A stretch of DNA of 43,978 nucleotides. Origin: Hadesarchaea archaeon. GTDB taxonomy: Archaea > Hadarchaeota > Hadarchaeia > Hadarchaeales > WYZ-LMO6. The translations under genes and the position numbers were made by a program. Under the pieces are notes generated by a model, which saw only the letters and a program-made list of their open reading frames with translations, was not told where the DNA came from and ran no database searches. The stretch covers positions 1 through 43,978 of the forward strand of contig JAPDJF010000026.1 in NCBI GenBank assembly GCA_029259185.1, read 5' to 3'. This document shows, one piece after another, positions 28,224 to 37,638 of the stretch. Positions within the stretch are counted from its first letter, which is position 1. Every line of letters starts with the position of its first letter.

Positions 28224-29090
28224 ATGTGGGCGATAAGAACCACTTTGCTCCTAGGAGTGATGACCGGTCTCCTGCTGGCCACGGGATACGCCCTAGGCTA
28301 CCTCACCGGAGCCCCCATCCTCTACACGCTCACGGGGGCGTTCGTCTTCGCCATGGTGATGAACCTCATGGTATTTTTCTACGCGGATAAGTGGGTGCTC
28401 AAACTGTACAGGGCTAGATTCGTGAGTGAGGAAGAGGAGCCCACGCTGCACCGGATAGTCTCCAAGCTCTCCAAGAACGCGGGACTCCCGAAACCTAGGG
28501 TGGCTTTGGTACCAACCGACGCTCCCAACGCCTTCGCCACGGGGAGAAATAAGCACAAAGCGGTAGTCGCCGTCACCCGCGGGGCGATGGGATATCTCAG
28601 CGAGGAGCAGCTCGAAGGGGTGATCGGGCACGAGCTGGCTCACATCAAGAACAGAGACATGCTGGTCAACACCTTAGCCGCCATGGTGGCCGGAGCGATA
28701 TCGTACATAGCCTTCGTGGGGAGGTGGTCTATCTTCTTCGGTGGGGGAAGCAGAAGGGATGGTGGAGCTTGGCTCGCCTTGCTCGCGGTGATCTTAGTCC
28801 CGATAGCGGCCGTGCTCGTGAGGCTGGCCATCTCGCGGACGAGGGAGTACGGGGCTGACGAAGAGGGGGCACGAATCTCTGGAAAGCCCAGAGCCTTGGC
28901 AAGTGCGCTGAGGGTTCTAGAGAACTACGCTAGATCCAGACCCATCGGTGGAGGAAATCCCGCGACATCCCACCTCTTTATAGTAAACCCGTTTCGTGGA
29001 ACTTCCTTGACAAACCTCTTCTCGACCCATCCCCCGACGGAGAAGAGAATCCAGAGGCTTGAAGCTTTAGCCGAGCGGATCGAGAGCTAG
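28224..29090 (+). CDS. htpX: Membrane zinc metalloprotease HtpX
   Basis: PNAFATG, HELAH, SRTREYGAD and FSTHP, with TM segments. Confidence 0.94.
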   Translation: MWAIRTTLLLGVMTGLLLATGYALGYLTGAPILYTLTGAFVFAMVMNLMVFFYADKWVLKLYRARFVSEEEEPTLHRIVSKLSKNAGLPKPRVALVPTDAPNAFATGRNKHKAVVAVTRGAMGYLSEEQLEGVIGHELAHIKNRDMLVNTLAAMVAGAISYIAFVGRWSIFFGGGSRRDGGAWLALLAVILVPIAAVLVRLAISRTREYGADEEGARISGKPRALASALRVLENYARSRPIGGGNPATSHLFIVNPFRGTSLTNLFSTHPPTEKRIQRLEALAERIES

Positions 29091-29242
29091 CCCATCAGGT
29101 GCAAGAGGAATTCGAACGCTATGGATCCCACGGCGAACCCCATGACTGCCTTTGGAGATATCTTTATGCCAGGCCCCTCCTCGGTGAAGTACCTCAGGAG
29201 TCCTGCGCCCGTGGGTGGTAATCTTTCCTCCCTCCTCCTCAT
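29087..29242 (-). CDS. secG: Preprotein translocase subunit Sec61beta (archaeal SecG), 51 aa (not in ORF track)
   Basis: MRRREERLPPTGAGLLRYFTEEGPGIKISPKAVMGFAVGSIAFEFLLHLMG contains the hallmark AGL.RYF.EE..IKISP followed by a single TM helix. Confidence 0.9.
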   Translation of the reverse strand: MRRREERLPPTGAGLLRYFTEEGPGIKISPKAVMGFAVGSIAFEFLLHLMG

Positions 29243-29287
29243 CCCAAAAACTTCCCTACCTACTACCTATTAAATGATGGGGAGGAA

Positions 29288-30670
29288 ATGAACTCGGAAA
29301 TAATGTCGAAGTACGTGCCGGATGAAAGTGTGATCGTTAACGGCTTCTTGAGAAAGCTCGCGGAGTCTGAACTGGGAGGGAGTGAAATCGTCCTTCCGAA
29401 CATTCTTATAGCGAGGTTTGAAACCCAAGCGAAGGAGGGGAAAGACTCGGGGCTCGTGGGACTGACTGAACTCCTTCGTCTCAGGAAGCTCGCCGATGAG
29501 GGGTGGATAAGGCTGAGTTTCGCTGGTGGGTACCTCACCCCCGAATCCAATTCGGTGGGGGCGGGAATCCGGCAAATAGCCGCGGAGACCGATTCCACCC
29601 TCCTCACCAGCGACGAGATAATGGCTGACGTAGCGAGGGTCGAGGGACTCAAGGTAAAGCTGGTGACCCCTCCGCCCGAGGAACGAAAGCCGAGGCTATT
29701 GAACTACTTCGGGGCGGACACGATGTCCGTGCACTTGAAGGCAAGGGTAAGGCCGTTGGCGAAGGTTGGGCGTCCGGGCAAGCTCAAAGTCCTACCCCTG
29801 GGAGAGAAGCCGCTCACCGAGCGGGAACTCAGGGAGATGGTCCATGAGATAATGGAACTCGCCAAACAAGATCCAGAGTGCTTCATCGAGATCGAGAAGG
29901 GGGGTGCGACCCTGATCCAGTACCACGAGTACCGGATCGCCATAGCTAGGCCCCCATTCAGTGACGGATTCGAAATAACCGCGGTCAGGCCCGTGGTCAA
30001 GGTGAGCTTGGAGGATTATCATCTCTCGAACAGGCTCAAGGAGAGACTGAAAGAGAGGGCAGAGGGGATCCTCATAGCCGGACCGCCCGGGGCTGGAAAG
30101 AGCACGTTCGCCCAAGCCCTTGCTGAATTCTACTGCTCCTCCCACAAAATAGTGAAAACGATGGAGTCCCCGCGCGACCTGCAAGTGATGGATGAGATAA
30201 CCCAGTACACCTCCCTAGAGGGCGACATGGAGAAAACAGCCGATATCCTTCTACTCGTAAGGCCCGATTACACGATCTACGACGAGCTCAGGAAAACCAC
30301 CGATTTCCAGATATTCTCGGACATGAGACTGGCGGGTGTGGGGATGGTGGGGGTGGTTCACTCCACGAGGGCCATAGACGCAATCCAGCGGCTGATAGGG
30401 AGGGTTGAGCTCGGGATGATTCCCATGATCGTAGACACCGTGATATTCATCAAGAACGGGGAGATCAAGGAGGTGTACTCCCTCCGCACCTCGATCAAAG
30501 TCCCTTCGGGGATGAGGGACGAGGACCTGACGAGACCCGTGGTCGAGATCCTCGACTTCGAGACCGGTGAACCGAGGTACGAGATGTACACCTTCGGGGA
30601 ACAAGTGGTGGTCGCAGATCTTCGTGAACATCCATTCCCCAGATTCAGGAAGAGGCCTAAGTGGAGATAG
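29288..30670 (+). CDS. PINA-type ATPase (PIN domain + VirB11/PilT-like ATPase)
   Basis: N-terminal PIN-like YVPDESV, TMSVHLK, GPPGAGKSTFAQAL, MESPRDLQ, YDELR and MRLAGVGMVGVVH. Confidence 0.88.
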   Translation: MNSEIMSKYVPDESVIVNGFLRKLAESELGGSEIVLPNILIARFETQAKEGKDSGLVGLTELLRLRKLADEGWIRLSFAGGYLTPESNSVGAGIRQIAAETDSTLLTSDEIMADVARVEGLKVKLVTPPPEERKPRLLNYFGADTMSVHLKARVRPLAKVGRPGKLKVLPLGEKPLTERELREMVHEIMELAKQDPECFIEIEKGGATLIQYHEYRIAIARPPFSDGFEITAVRPVVKVSLEDYHLSNRLKERLKERAEGILIAGPPGAGKSTFAQALAEFYCSSHKIVKTMESPRDLQVMDEITQYTSLEGDMEKTADILLLVRPDYTIYDELRKTTDFQIFSDMRLAGVGMVGVVHSTRAIDAIQRLIGRVELGMIPMIVDTVIFIKNGEIKEVYSLRTSIKVPSGMRDEDLTRPVVEILDFETGEPRYEMYTFGEQVVVADLREHPFPRFRKRPKWR

Positions 30671-31172
30671 GTGAGGGAACGAACTTTTTCTGCAACTCGA
30701 TTACCTCTGAGCTGCTTTCGGCACGCGAGTACTCCTCCAAGTACGCGCGATTGAGTTCCAGAAAGGTGGGGCCCCACTTGAAAGGTTTCAAGATTTCTTC
30801 CGCCTCTTGGGGGTGACCGAGGATGAAGAGAGCGGCGGAGAGTGCCTCAGCCGTGCTGAGCGTCGTCGGCCTCCCGTAGTGGGTCGGGTTAGCCGCCACC
30901 AAGTACGGGAGGGCACGGGGCACCATCTTCCTGAGTTTATGCATTTTCCCCAAGCGTTTCCACGAGCAATCCAGCGCCACCAGACCCCTCCGCTCCGCTC
31001 TCCTCGCGTCTCCCCTCGAAAGCGCTCGGGAAGCACGAGGGTCAAGCAGAATTGCACCTCCAGGTAGTTCGCGCAGTTCGAACGTCATTTCCACCTTCCC
31101 GAACTTGTGGAGACGGATGGCGGTGCATCGCTTAGGGTCGCATTCCCTCGCGTTGTAAACTACTATCTTCAT
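30657..31172 (-). CDS. tsr3: 16S rRNA aminocarboxypropyltransferase Tsr3
   Basis: ECDPKRCT, ALDCSW, RALPYLVAANPTHYG, LSTAEA and FKWGPTFLELN. Real start is the ATG at 31172. Confidence 0.92.
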   Translation of the reverse strand: MKIVVYNARECDPKRCTAIRLHKFGKVEMTFELRELPGGAILLDPRASRALSRGDARRAERRGLVALDCSWKRLGKMHKLRKMVPRALPYLVAANPTHYGRPTTLSTAEALSAALFILGHPQEAEEILKPFKWGPTFLELNRAYLEEYSRAESSSEVIELQKKFVPSPIST

Positions 31173-31180
31173 CTCGACCA

Positions 31181-31435
31181 CCGCGAGGAGACCCGTCCGA
31201 AAGGGCGGGGGGGAACTGCGGAGGATTTTTAGGTGAAAATGCGCGTGCGATGTCTGAAAGGCAATCCCGCGGGGAGCGGCTCGGATGTGGGCCGGATGTC
31301 CGGAAGCCCGAATAGGGCTCCGGACCGAAGCGGGCGGAGGAGTCGAGCAGGCTCGCTCTGGACGCGCCGCCGTCAACCGGCCCCGTGCGGGTCTGAGTGC
31401 GATGAGTTTCGAGCGCCATGATCACCTCCAAGTCC
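31181..31435 (+). ncRNA. Candidate structured non-coding RNA of unknown family
   Basis: Very GC-rich intergenic region with several hairpins whose G-U pairs and GNRA loop work only on the + strand, plus a long closing stem (see findings). Confidence 0.4.
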
Positions 31436-31440
31436 CTTCT

Positions 31441-32544
31441 TTAGGGAGGAGTAGTTGACCGGAAAGACATCGCTTCAAGATGAAGAAAATTTTTCCTGAC
31501 CGTATTCCGTCTCGCTTCCACCCCGGCCCCGAGAGGACAGGCGGGATCTGCCCCCGAGAGATTCTCACTCAACTTACAAACCCTAGCCATGCACCCAAAG
31601 CACATCTCAAAGTATTCACACTCCGAGCAGGGGGGCTCCCGCCACCTTCTGGATTTGAAGGCTTTTATGAGGGGCGAAGTTCTCACCCGCTCCCACCCCC
31701 TCCTCAGACTTTCCTCAGGGTACTTGGAGATTACCGAACTCGATGGAGAAAACATGCACGGAAGAATCGCCCCATCGGGACGGATATACAAACTCGTCCC
31801 ACATGCACACCCCTTGAACTCGGAGATCGTGATTCCGCTCCTCCCATCCGGTATCTCAACGCCCTCCTGATCGGCGAACGCCCACAGGAAAGGTTCATCG
31901 TAGAAGACTCGTACTCGAGGATCTTGGAGTCCCCGATAGATCGCCCGAAGCACTCGAGCGTGATCCCCAGGTGAAAGGGCGTACTTCTTGTAATACGGGT
32001 CCGAAAATCCTCTGTCCGAGGGCTGGAGCGGGATGAAGGTGACGAATTTCCCACCGTGATCGGAAACGAATCTCACTATCCCCTTGACCTGGTGTAAGTT
32101 CCGTTTGGACAACACCACCGTAACTCCATGGAACAAGCCTTCTCTGGACGCGAGTTCAACCGCCTCCACCAAACGGTGAAAGCTTGCACCGGACTTCGTG
32201 GATTCATACACCTCTCCGGTCACACCATCCATGGAGAAGATAACTTTCACCCCTAACCTTCTCAGTTCACGGGAAACACGCTCGGTGAACAACATTCCGT
32301 TGGTGATCAGGTAGAGGTCCAGCCGATCCATCTCTTCAAGCACCTCAAATAGTTCCTTCCTCATCAGCGGCTCACCACCCTCCACTATCACCCATCCAGG
32401 ATTCAAGCCGACAACTTCACCCGCCAGCTCCACTAGGAGTTCAGGTGGCATCTCCTCCACGGGATTCGCCACACAGTGCCCGCACCTCAGGTTACAATGA
32501 GAAGTTATCGCCCAGTCGATGTAGAAAGGTCTCAATCCCACCAC
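31441..32544 (-). CDS. Radical SAM protein with SPASM domain
   Basis: CNLRCGHC, GGEP, and C-terminal GCACG...PC...CSEC...CFGC...C...DPAC. Confidence 0.88.
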   Translation of the reverse strand: MVGLRPFYIDWAITSHCNLRCGHCVANPVEEMPPELLVELAGEVVGLNPGWVIVEGGEPLMRKELFEVLEEMDRLDLYLITNGMLFTERVSRELRRLGVKVIFSMDGVTGEVYESTKSGASFHRLVEAVELASREGLFHGVTVVLSKRNLHQVKGIVRFVSDHGGKFVTFIPLQPSDRGFSDPYYKKYALSPGDHARVLRAIYRGLQDPRVRVFYDEPFLWAFADQEGVEIPDGRSGITISEFKGCACGTSLYIRPDGAILPCMFSPSSSVISKYPEESLRRGWERVRTSPLIKAFKSRRWREPPCSECEYFEMCFGCMARVCKLSENLSGADPACPLGAGVEARRNTVRKNFLHLEAMSFRSTTPP

Positions 32545-32582
32545 CCCCTAAACTCCCCCAACTCCATAAAAAAGCTTAGGAT

Positions 32583-33002
32583 TCACCCAAACACGTGCAC
32601 GACTTCCCACCCGGCCTCGCGAAGCTTTCCTGCTATGAAACGGCGATGACAGGCCTGGGGGTTGGGCTCCACACACACAAGGCAAGTGACACTCTCTCGC
32701 GCGAGCCTCACCACCTTCCCAAGCCCGCGCTTGAATTCTTCACTCTCCATGAACGCCTCGTATCCTCCCCTTCTGTACCCACCGAGCTCGGGCAAATGCA
32801 CGTACCGGATCCCCTGGAGGGGAAGGGTTCTCTCCAGACTTTCTTTCTTGAATTCGGGCCACTTGGAGGTGGGGAAGGCGCGGACGTCGACCAAGATCTC
32901 TACGCGGAGCCTGCGGAGGATCTTTAGAAAATCCTCGAAATTCTTGTCCCCGTAGCCGATCGTGTAAATCCTTCGTATCTTCCCGCGTGAGCGTCTCGAC
33001 AT
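32583..33002 (-). CDS. DUF488 family protein
   Basis: IYTIGY, LVDVR.FP, Y.HLPELGG and C.E...CHR. Confidence 0.85.
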   Translation of the reverse strand: MSRRSRGKIRRIYTIGYGDKNFEDFLKILRRLRVEILVDVRAFPTSKWPEFKKESLERTLPLQGIRYVHLPELGGYRRGGYEAFMESEEFKRGLGKVVRLARESVTCLVCVEPNPQACHRRFIAGKLREAGWEVVHVFG

Positions 33003-33053
33003 GAGCTCACCGTTAACCTTTCGTCCCTTTGATATAACGGATGCAGGTAAAAT

Positions 33054-34178
33054 ATGGGTGATATGATAATCTCAAACGCCGCCATCCTCGAGGGAAAAGA
33101 CCTCGACATCGTGAGGGGATACCTTGAGGTACGCAACGGGCGGATCGAGAGGATCTCCGAGGGTTCTCCTCCCACTTGGGACTTGAACCTGAAAGGGGGG
33201 TTCATCCTCCCACCCCTCGTGAATGCCCACACCCATGTGGCGGACTCGGTGGCCAAAGAGCTGTACTTGGGGAAGGAACAGCATGAGGTGGTAGGGAGGG
33301 GAGGAGAAAAGTTCAAGGTGTTAAACTCTACTCCTCGAACCAAGCTGAAGAGGTCCATACGCTCGACCCTCAGGTACATGCTGAGAACAGGTACTCTCGC
33401 CCATCTCGACTTCAGGGAAGGGGGGAGGGAAGGGATAAGGTTGCTCAAAGAGGCCTCAGTCAGTGAGGTGAAAACTTTCATTCTCGGACGTCCCTCCACC
33501 ATCGTGGAAACGGATGAAGTGTTGGATGAAAGCGACGGAGTGGGGCTCCCTTCTCTCATGGATCACGAAGAGGACAAACTCGAACTCATATCGAGGAAAG
33601 TGAAACGTGCGAGGAAGCTTCTCTCATCCCATGTGGCCGAGACTCATTGGAAGAGGAAGATCGAGATAAAGAGAGCGATTAAGCTCAGGCTCTCTTTCGC
33701 AGTCCACCTCACGCACGCCGACGAAGACGACTTGATCTCTCTCCACAAAAGGGGGATCCCGATCGTATTCTGCGCCAGATCTAATTCCCTCCTCTCGGTC
33801 GGTCTCCCACCAATTAACTCGGCCATCCGGAGTGGAGTGAAGTTCATGCTCGGAACCGACAACGTGGGGATCTGTGAGCCGAACATGTTTGAAGAAATGA
33901 AATTCGCGTGGGCCTACGTGAGGATGGCAAATCCCAAAGCAGGAGAGGAGGAGGCGTTAGCTCTCCTCAAGTCCGTGACGATCGAACCGCTAGAACATTT
34001 CGATATCCCGTGGGGACCACTGGAGGAGGGGGGGGAAGGCACATTCATCGTGCTCTCGAGGCGAGGGGGTCTCCTCGACCTAAGGCATGCGCATGCCGGG
34101 ATCGTCAATCGAGTCGGATCAGAGAACATCCGAGCCGTTTTCCTCGATGGGGAGAATATTTTAAGAGCAAGAGATTAG
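33054..34178 (+). CDS. Metal-dependent amidohydrolase/deaminase
   Basis: Metal-binding motifs NAHTH, DFREGG, HVAE, VHLTH and GTDN. Confidence 0.85.
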   Translation: MGDMIISNAAILEGKDLDIVRGYLEVRNGRIERISEGSPPTWDLNLKGGFILPPLVNAHTHVADSVAKELYLGKEQHEVVGRGGEKFKVLNSTPRTKLKRSIRSTLRYMLRTGTLAHLDFREGGREGIRLLKEASVSEVKTFILGRPSTIVETDEVLDESDGVGLPSLMDHEEDKLELISRKVKRARKLLSSHVAETHWKRKIEIKRAIKLRLSFAVHLTHADEDDLISLHKRGIPIVFCARSNSLLSVGLPPINSAIRSGVKFMLGTDNVGICEPNMFEEMKFAWAYVRMANPKAGEEEALALLKSVTIEPLEHFDIPWGPLEEGGEGTFIVLSRRGGLLDLRHAHAGIVNRVGSENIRAVFLDGENILRARD

Positions 34179-34203
34179 TTGTTTGAGCCGACGGTGGGGA
34201 AGA

Positions 34204-35040
34204 ATGAAAGTCAAGGAGATTATGTCAAAGGAAGTGAAATACGCTGAAGTTCCGGGGACGCGGGCTGAGGCGGTGGAGTTGCTCAAAAGTTTAGGGGTCA
34301 GTGCCATCCCCGTGGTGAAGAGCGACACGAAGGAGCTGGTAGGGATGGTAACTCTCAAAAAGCTTTTCGAAAATCCGGACGAGGACCAGCTCGCCATGCT
34401 AGTAGACAGGGGGATACCGACCGTCAGACCCGAAGATGAACTCCAGGTGGCAGCAGGACACATCTTGAAGAGTGGGAGCAGGAGGCTCTGCGTGGTAAAG
34501 GATGGAGAACTCAGAGGCATCATAACGGTTAGAGACATAGTCTACAGGGCCCTAGCCATGATGGATCTCGACAGACCCGCTTCGGACTTCATGCGCCCAA
34601 CCGTGGCCGCGGTCTGGGAGGGAACGCCACTCAAAGCTGCGGTGGAGGTAATGGCACTCGCGAACGTGCGTGCGCTCCCCGTGATAAACGAGAACGGTGA
34701 CCTAGTGGGGATAATAGACGACTCCGACATAATAAAGCTGGCCGAAATAGAGACGAGTTCCAAGATAAGTCAGGTGGCGGGGAAGAGCGAGGGGGACAGC
34801 TGGACGTGGGACAGCGAGGCGAGAATATACATCACGAAACACGAATTGACGATCCCCGACGCGCTGGTAAGGGATGTGATGGTGAAGGATTTGATAAGCA
34901 TAACGAAGAAGACATCCGTTAGCAAATGTGCTCAACTCATGAAGGAGTACAGGATCGAACAGACACCCGTGCTCACCGCAGAGAACAAGTTCATAGGATT
35001 GGTGAGAGACATCGACCTCCTAGGTGCCCTCCTCGAATGA
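34204..35040 (+). CDS. CBS-domain protein (four CBS repeats)
   Basis: Repeated VKEIM / PVV..GMVT / GIITVRD / GIIDDSD / GLVRDID motifs. Confidence 0.88.
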   Translation: MKVKEIMSKEVKYAEVPGTRAEAVELLKSLGVSAIPVVKSDTKELVGMVTLKKLFENPDEDQLAMLVDRGIPTVRPEDELQVAAGHILKSGSRRLCVVKDGELRGIITVRDIVYRALAMMDLDRPASDFMRPTVAAVWEGTPLKAAVEVMALANVRALPVINENGDLVGIIDDSDIIKLAEIETSSKISQVAGKSEGDSWTWDSEARIYITKHELTIPDALVRDVMVKDLISITKKTSVSKCAQLMKEYRIEQTPVLTAENKFIGLVRDIDLLGALLE

Positions 35041-36578
35041 AGCGTTCGACCATCGCAGTGAGAGTGAATCTCTTGTCATCGAACCATGAAGAGCTCATGG
35101 AATTGGCCATACGGAGAGGATTCATCTGGCCATCGTTCGAGATGTACGGGGGGGTGAGAGGCTTCTACGACTTCGGGCCCTTGGGAACCCCACTCAAAAA
35201 TAAAATCATCCAGAAGTGGAGGGAGTTCTTCGTTCTGGGGGAAGGATCGTTGGAAATAGATTCGCCCACCATAATGCCCGAGGAGGTTTTCAAAGCGAGC
35301 GGGCACTTGGAACACTTCGTCGACCTTATGACCGAATGTGAGAAATGCGGCCAAGCCTTCAAGGTCACGGAACTCGTGAAGGAGAAGACAGGAATGGACG
35401 TTGAGGGATCACCGAAGTTGGAACTGGAGAAAATCATCCGGCAACATGAGATCGCATGCCCTGAGTGTGGGGGGAAACTCGGCTCTGTGTTCGAATTCAA
35501 CACGATGTTTCGGACTGTGATAGGACCGGGGGGAAAAAGAGTGGGATACCTCAGACCCGAGACCGCCCAAGGCATCTTCGTCGATTTCAAACGTCTCTGG
35601 AGACAAGCGAGGGAGATGTTACCCTTCGGGGTCGCCCAGATAGGGAGGGGGTATAGGAATGAGATATCCCCCAGGCAGGGAATGATAAGGCTCAGGGAAT
35701 TCACGATGGCCGAGCTGGAGGTGTTTTTCGACCCGGAGGGGCCGTCCCATCCCCGGTTCTCGGTACTGGGGGAAGACACGCTTAAGCTTTGGAGGGCGGG
35801 GAGGGAAAAAATCGTGGATATGGAGGTACGTGAGGCAGTCGAGAAAGGGGTCGTCTGCAATGAGCTGATGGGTTATTACATGGGTCTGACAAAGCGCTTC
35901 CTGATCGAACTCGGCATACCGGAGGAAAACATCCGGTTCAGAGAACAGACCGAAAGACAGAGGGCCCACTACTCGAAAGAAACATGGGACGCTGAAGTAA
36001 GGACGGAGAGGTTCGGGTGGATCGAAGTTGCGGGGATAGCCTACCGAACCGATTACGACCTCTCACGGCACTCGAAATTCAGTAAGGAGGACCTGACCGT
36101 ATTCCTTCAATCGGAGAACAGGAGAATCACGTGTCACGTGCTCGAGCCCTCATTCGGAATCGATCGGATATTCTACTGCGTGCTCGAGCACTCGTACAAG
36201 CATGATGGGAAAAGAAAGTATCTCTCACTGAAGAGAGAACTCGCACCGATCGATGTCTGCGTGTTTCCGCTCATGAACCGAGACGGTCTTCCTGAGAAGG
36301 CCATCACGGTGCATGAGTTGCTGAGAAAGCGTAAGTTCTCCGTAGTTTATGATGCCTCCGGATCCATAGGAAGGAGGTACGCGAGGGCGGATGAGATCGG
36401 AATTCCCTACTGCATCACCATTGACCACCAGACACTTGAAGACCACAGCGTCACGATAAGGGACAGGGACACCACGAAACAAGTTAGGTCATCGATAGAG
36501 GATCTCCCCTCGACCCTCAGGTCCCTCCTGAACGGTGAACTCGAGTTCGAAAGTGCCGGAACTCCTCTCACGAAATGA
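35037..36578 (+). CDS. glyS: Glycine-tRNA ligase (alpha2 type)
   Basis: RRGF..SFE.YGG, ASGH..HF.D, LRPETAQG, RNEISPR, EPSFGIDR and SIGRRY..DE.G anticodon domain. Confidence 0.95.
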   Translation: MKRSTIAVRVNLLSSNHEELMELAIRRGFIWPSFEMYGGVRGFYDFGPLGTPLKNKIIQKWREFFVLGEGSLEIDSPTIMPEEVFKASGHLEHFVDLMTECEKCGQAFKVTELVKEKTGMDVEGSPKLELEKIIRQHEIACPECGGKLGSVFEFNTMFRTVIGPGGKRVGYLRPETAQGIFVDFKRLWRQAREMLPFGVAQIGRGYRNEISPRQGMIRLREFTMAELEVFFDPEGPSHPRFSVLGEDTLKLWRAGREKIVDMEVREAVEKGVVCNELMGYYMGLTKRFLIELGIPEENIRFREQTERQRAHYSKETWDAEVRTERFGWIEVAGIAYRTDYDLSRHSKFSKEDLTVFLQSENRRITCHVLEPSFGIDRIFYCVLEHSYKHDGKRKYLSLKRELAPIDVCVFPLMNRDGLPEKAITVHELLRKRKFSVVYDASGSIGRRYARADEIGIPYCITIDHQTLEDHSVTIRDRDTTKQVRSSIEDLPSTLRSLLNGELEFESAGTPLTK

Positions 36579-37506
36579 AAAATACCGAAATCGGGAGGGC
36601 CACGAGTAACGAAACCAATGTTGGGTAGAAGACGAGGGCCCCGTAGAGCCTCAGATCTTGTTTGTACGTATGGGCGAGAATCAGGTTGAAGATACCGGGA
36701 GGCATCATGGAGAGCATGAGCGAGGGTTTGGGTGAGATATCGGTGGCGAAATTCAGCCCCATGATCGCTATGGTTCCCAAGGTGACCAACGGAGAGACGA
36801 GGAATCTGAAGGTTCCCACCAAGAGGAGATCGCAAACGTGTTTTCGGGGGTCAAGTGCCTCAAGACAGTACCCTGCGAACAAAAGCATTGTCAAGAAGAA
36901 AGGTTTTGCGAGATATCCGTCGAAAACCTCACTCACGATTTCGGGGAGATTGGCCTTGAAGATCACGAACAAGAAGGCGAAGAAGAGGGCGAGCATCGCG
37001 GGGAAGCCCATGAGATACCCCAAAGTGGAGCGCATGCTCACTCTCTTGCTACTCACGGAAGATACGAGCATTACCCCCAAGATGAGATTGGGCACGGCTA
37101 CGGCTATGGCATAAAAACTCGCGGAAGCCAGTACCCTCGTCCCCATCGTCGCGTAAACTAAGGGAAGACCCAGATGCCCCACATTCATGAACGCTGAACT
37201 CAAAACGATCGCCGTCATCCTTTCTCTCTCTAAACCTCGAAACAAGCAGATGCCTGTGGTTACAGAAAAACAAATACTCAAGTTCAGGAGCGCTATCCAC
37301 ATGGCGGTCAAACCGCTTCGAAATTCGGAAGGTGTGCATCGGGCGATGGAGACGAAAACCACGATGGGGAGGACTATCCATAAGATCACTACGTCGAGCC
37401 ACCTGAAAGCGGGTTCGGTGATGGGGCGAAGCGACCGAAAATGCCTCAGACCCATGCCTACCAGCAACGGCACCAGGAGGTAAAGCAGGGTACCAACGTA
37501 ACCCAA
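36568..37506 (-). CDS. AEC (auxin efflux carrier/malate permease) family transporter
   Basis: About 10 TM helices, F.NVGHLGLP and MMPP motifs. Confidence 0.8.
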   Translation of the reverse strand: MGYVGTLLYLLVPLLVGMGLRHFRSLRPITEPAFRWLDVVILWIVLPIVVFVSIARCTPSEFRSGLTAMWIALLNLSICFSVTTGICLFRGLERERMTAIVLSSAFMNVGHLGLPLVYATMGTRVLASASFYAIAVAVPNLILGVMLVSSVSSKRVSMRSTLGYLMGFPAMLALFFAFLFVIFKANLPEIVSEVFDGYLAKPFFLTMLLFAGYCLEALDPRKHVCDLLLVGTFRFLVSPLVTLGTIAIMGLNFATDISPKPSLMLSMMPPGIFNLILAHTYKQDLRLYGALVFYPTLVSLLVALPISVFFIS

Positions 37507-37638
37507 CAGATCACCGCTTTCAAATCCGTTCCTCGAAATAAATGATTAGGGTTCCGTGCTGGCATCTCCTCCGCTCGCGTTCCCTCAACAAATCCATCGG
37601 GATTGGATTATTTAGTATCCGAAGTGGAAGGTAGAGAG

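Noticed and set aside
31173-31376. Long N-terminal extension of Tsr3
   Set aside because: Low-complexity read-through of the GC-rich intergenic region; the family N-terminus starts at 31172.
31181-31435. Assignment as SRP RNA, RNase P RNA, 5S rRNA, SECIS or group II intron
   Set aside because: No CAGG..GGAA..AGCAG helix 8, no GAGGAA.GUCC or ACAGAA..GCUUA, and no domain V. The first hairpin only superficially resembles the 5S loop E arm, and its other half would lie inside tsr3. The GAA hairpin lacks the opposing A of an archaeal SECIS.
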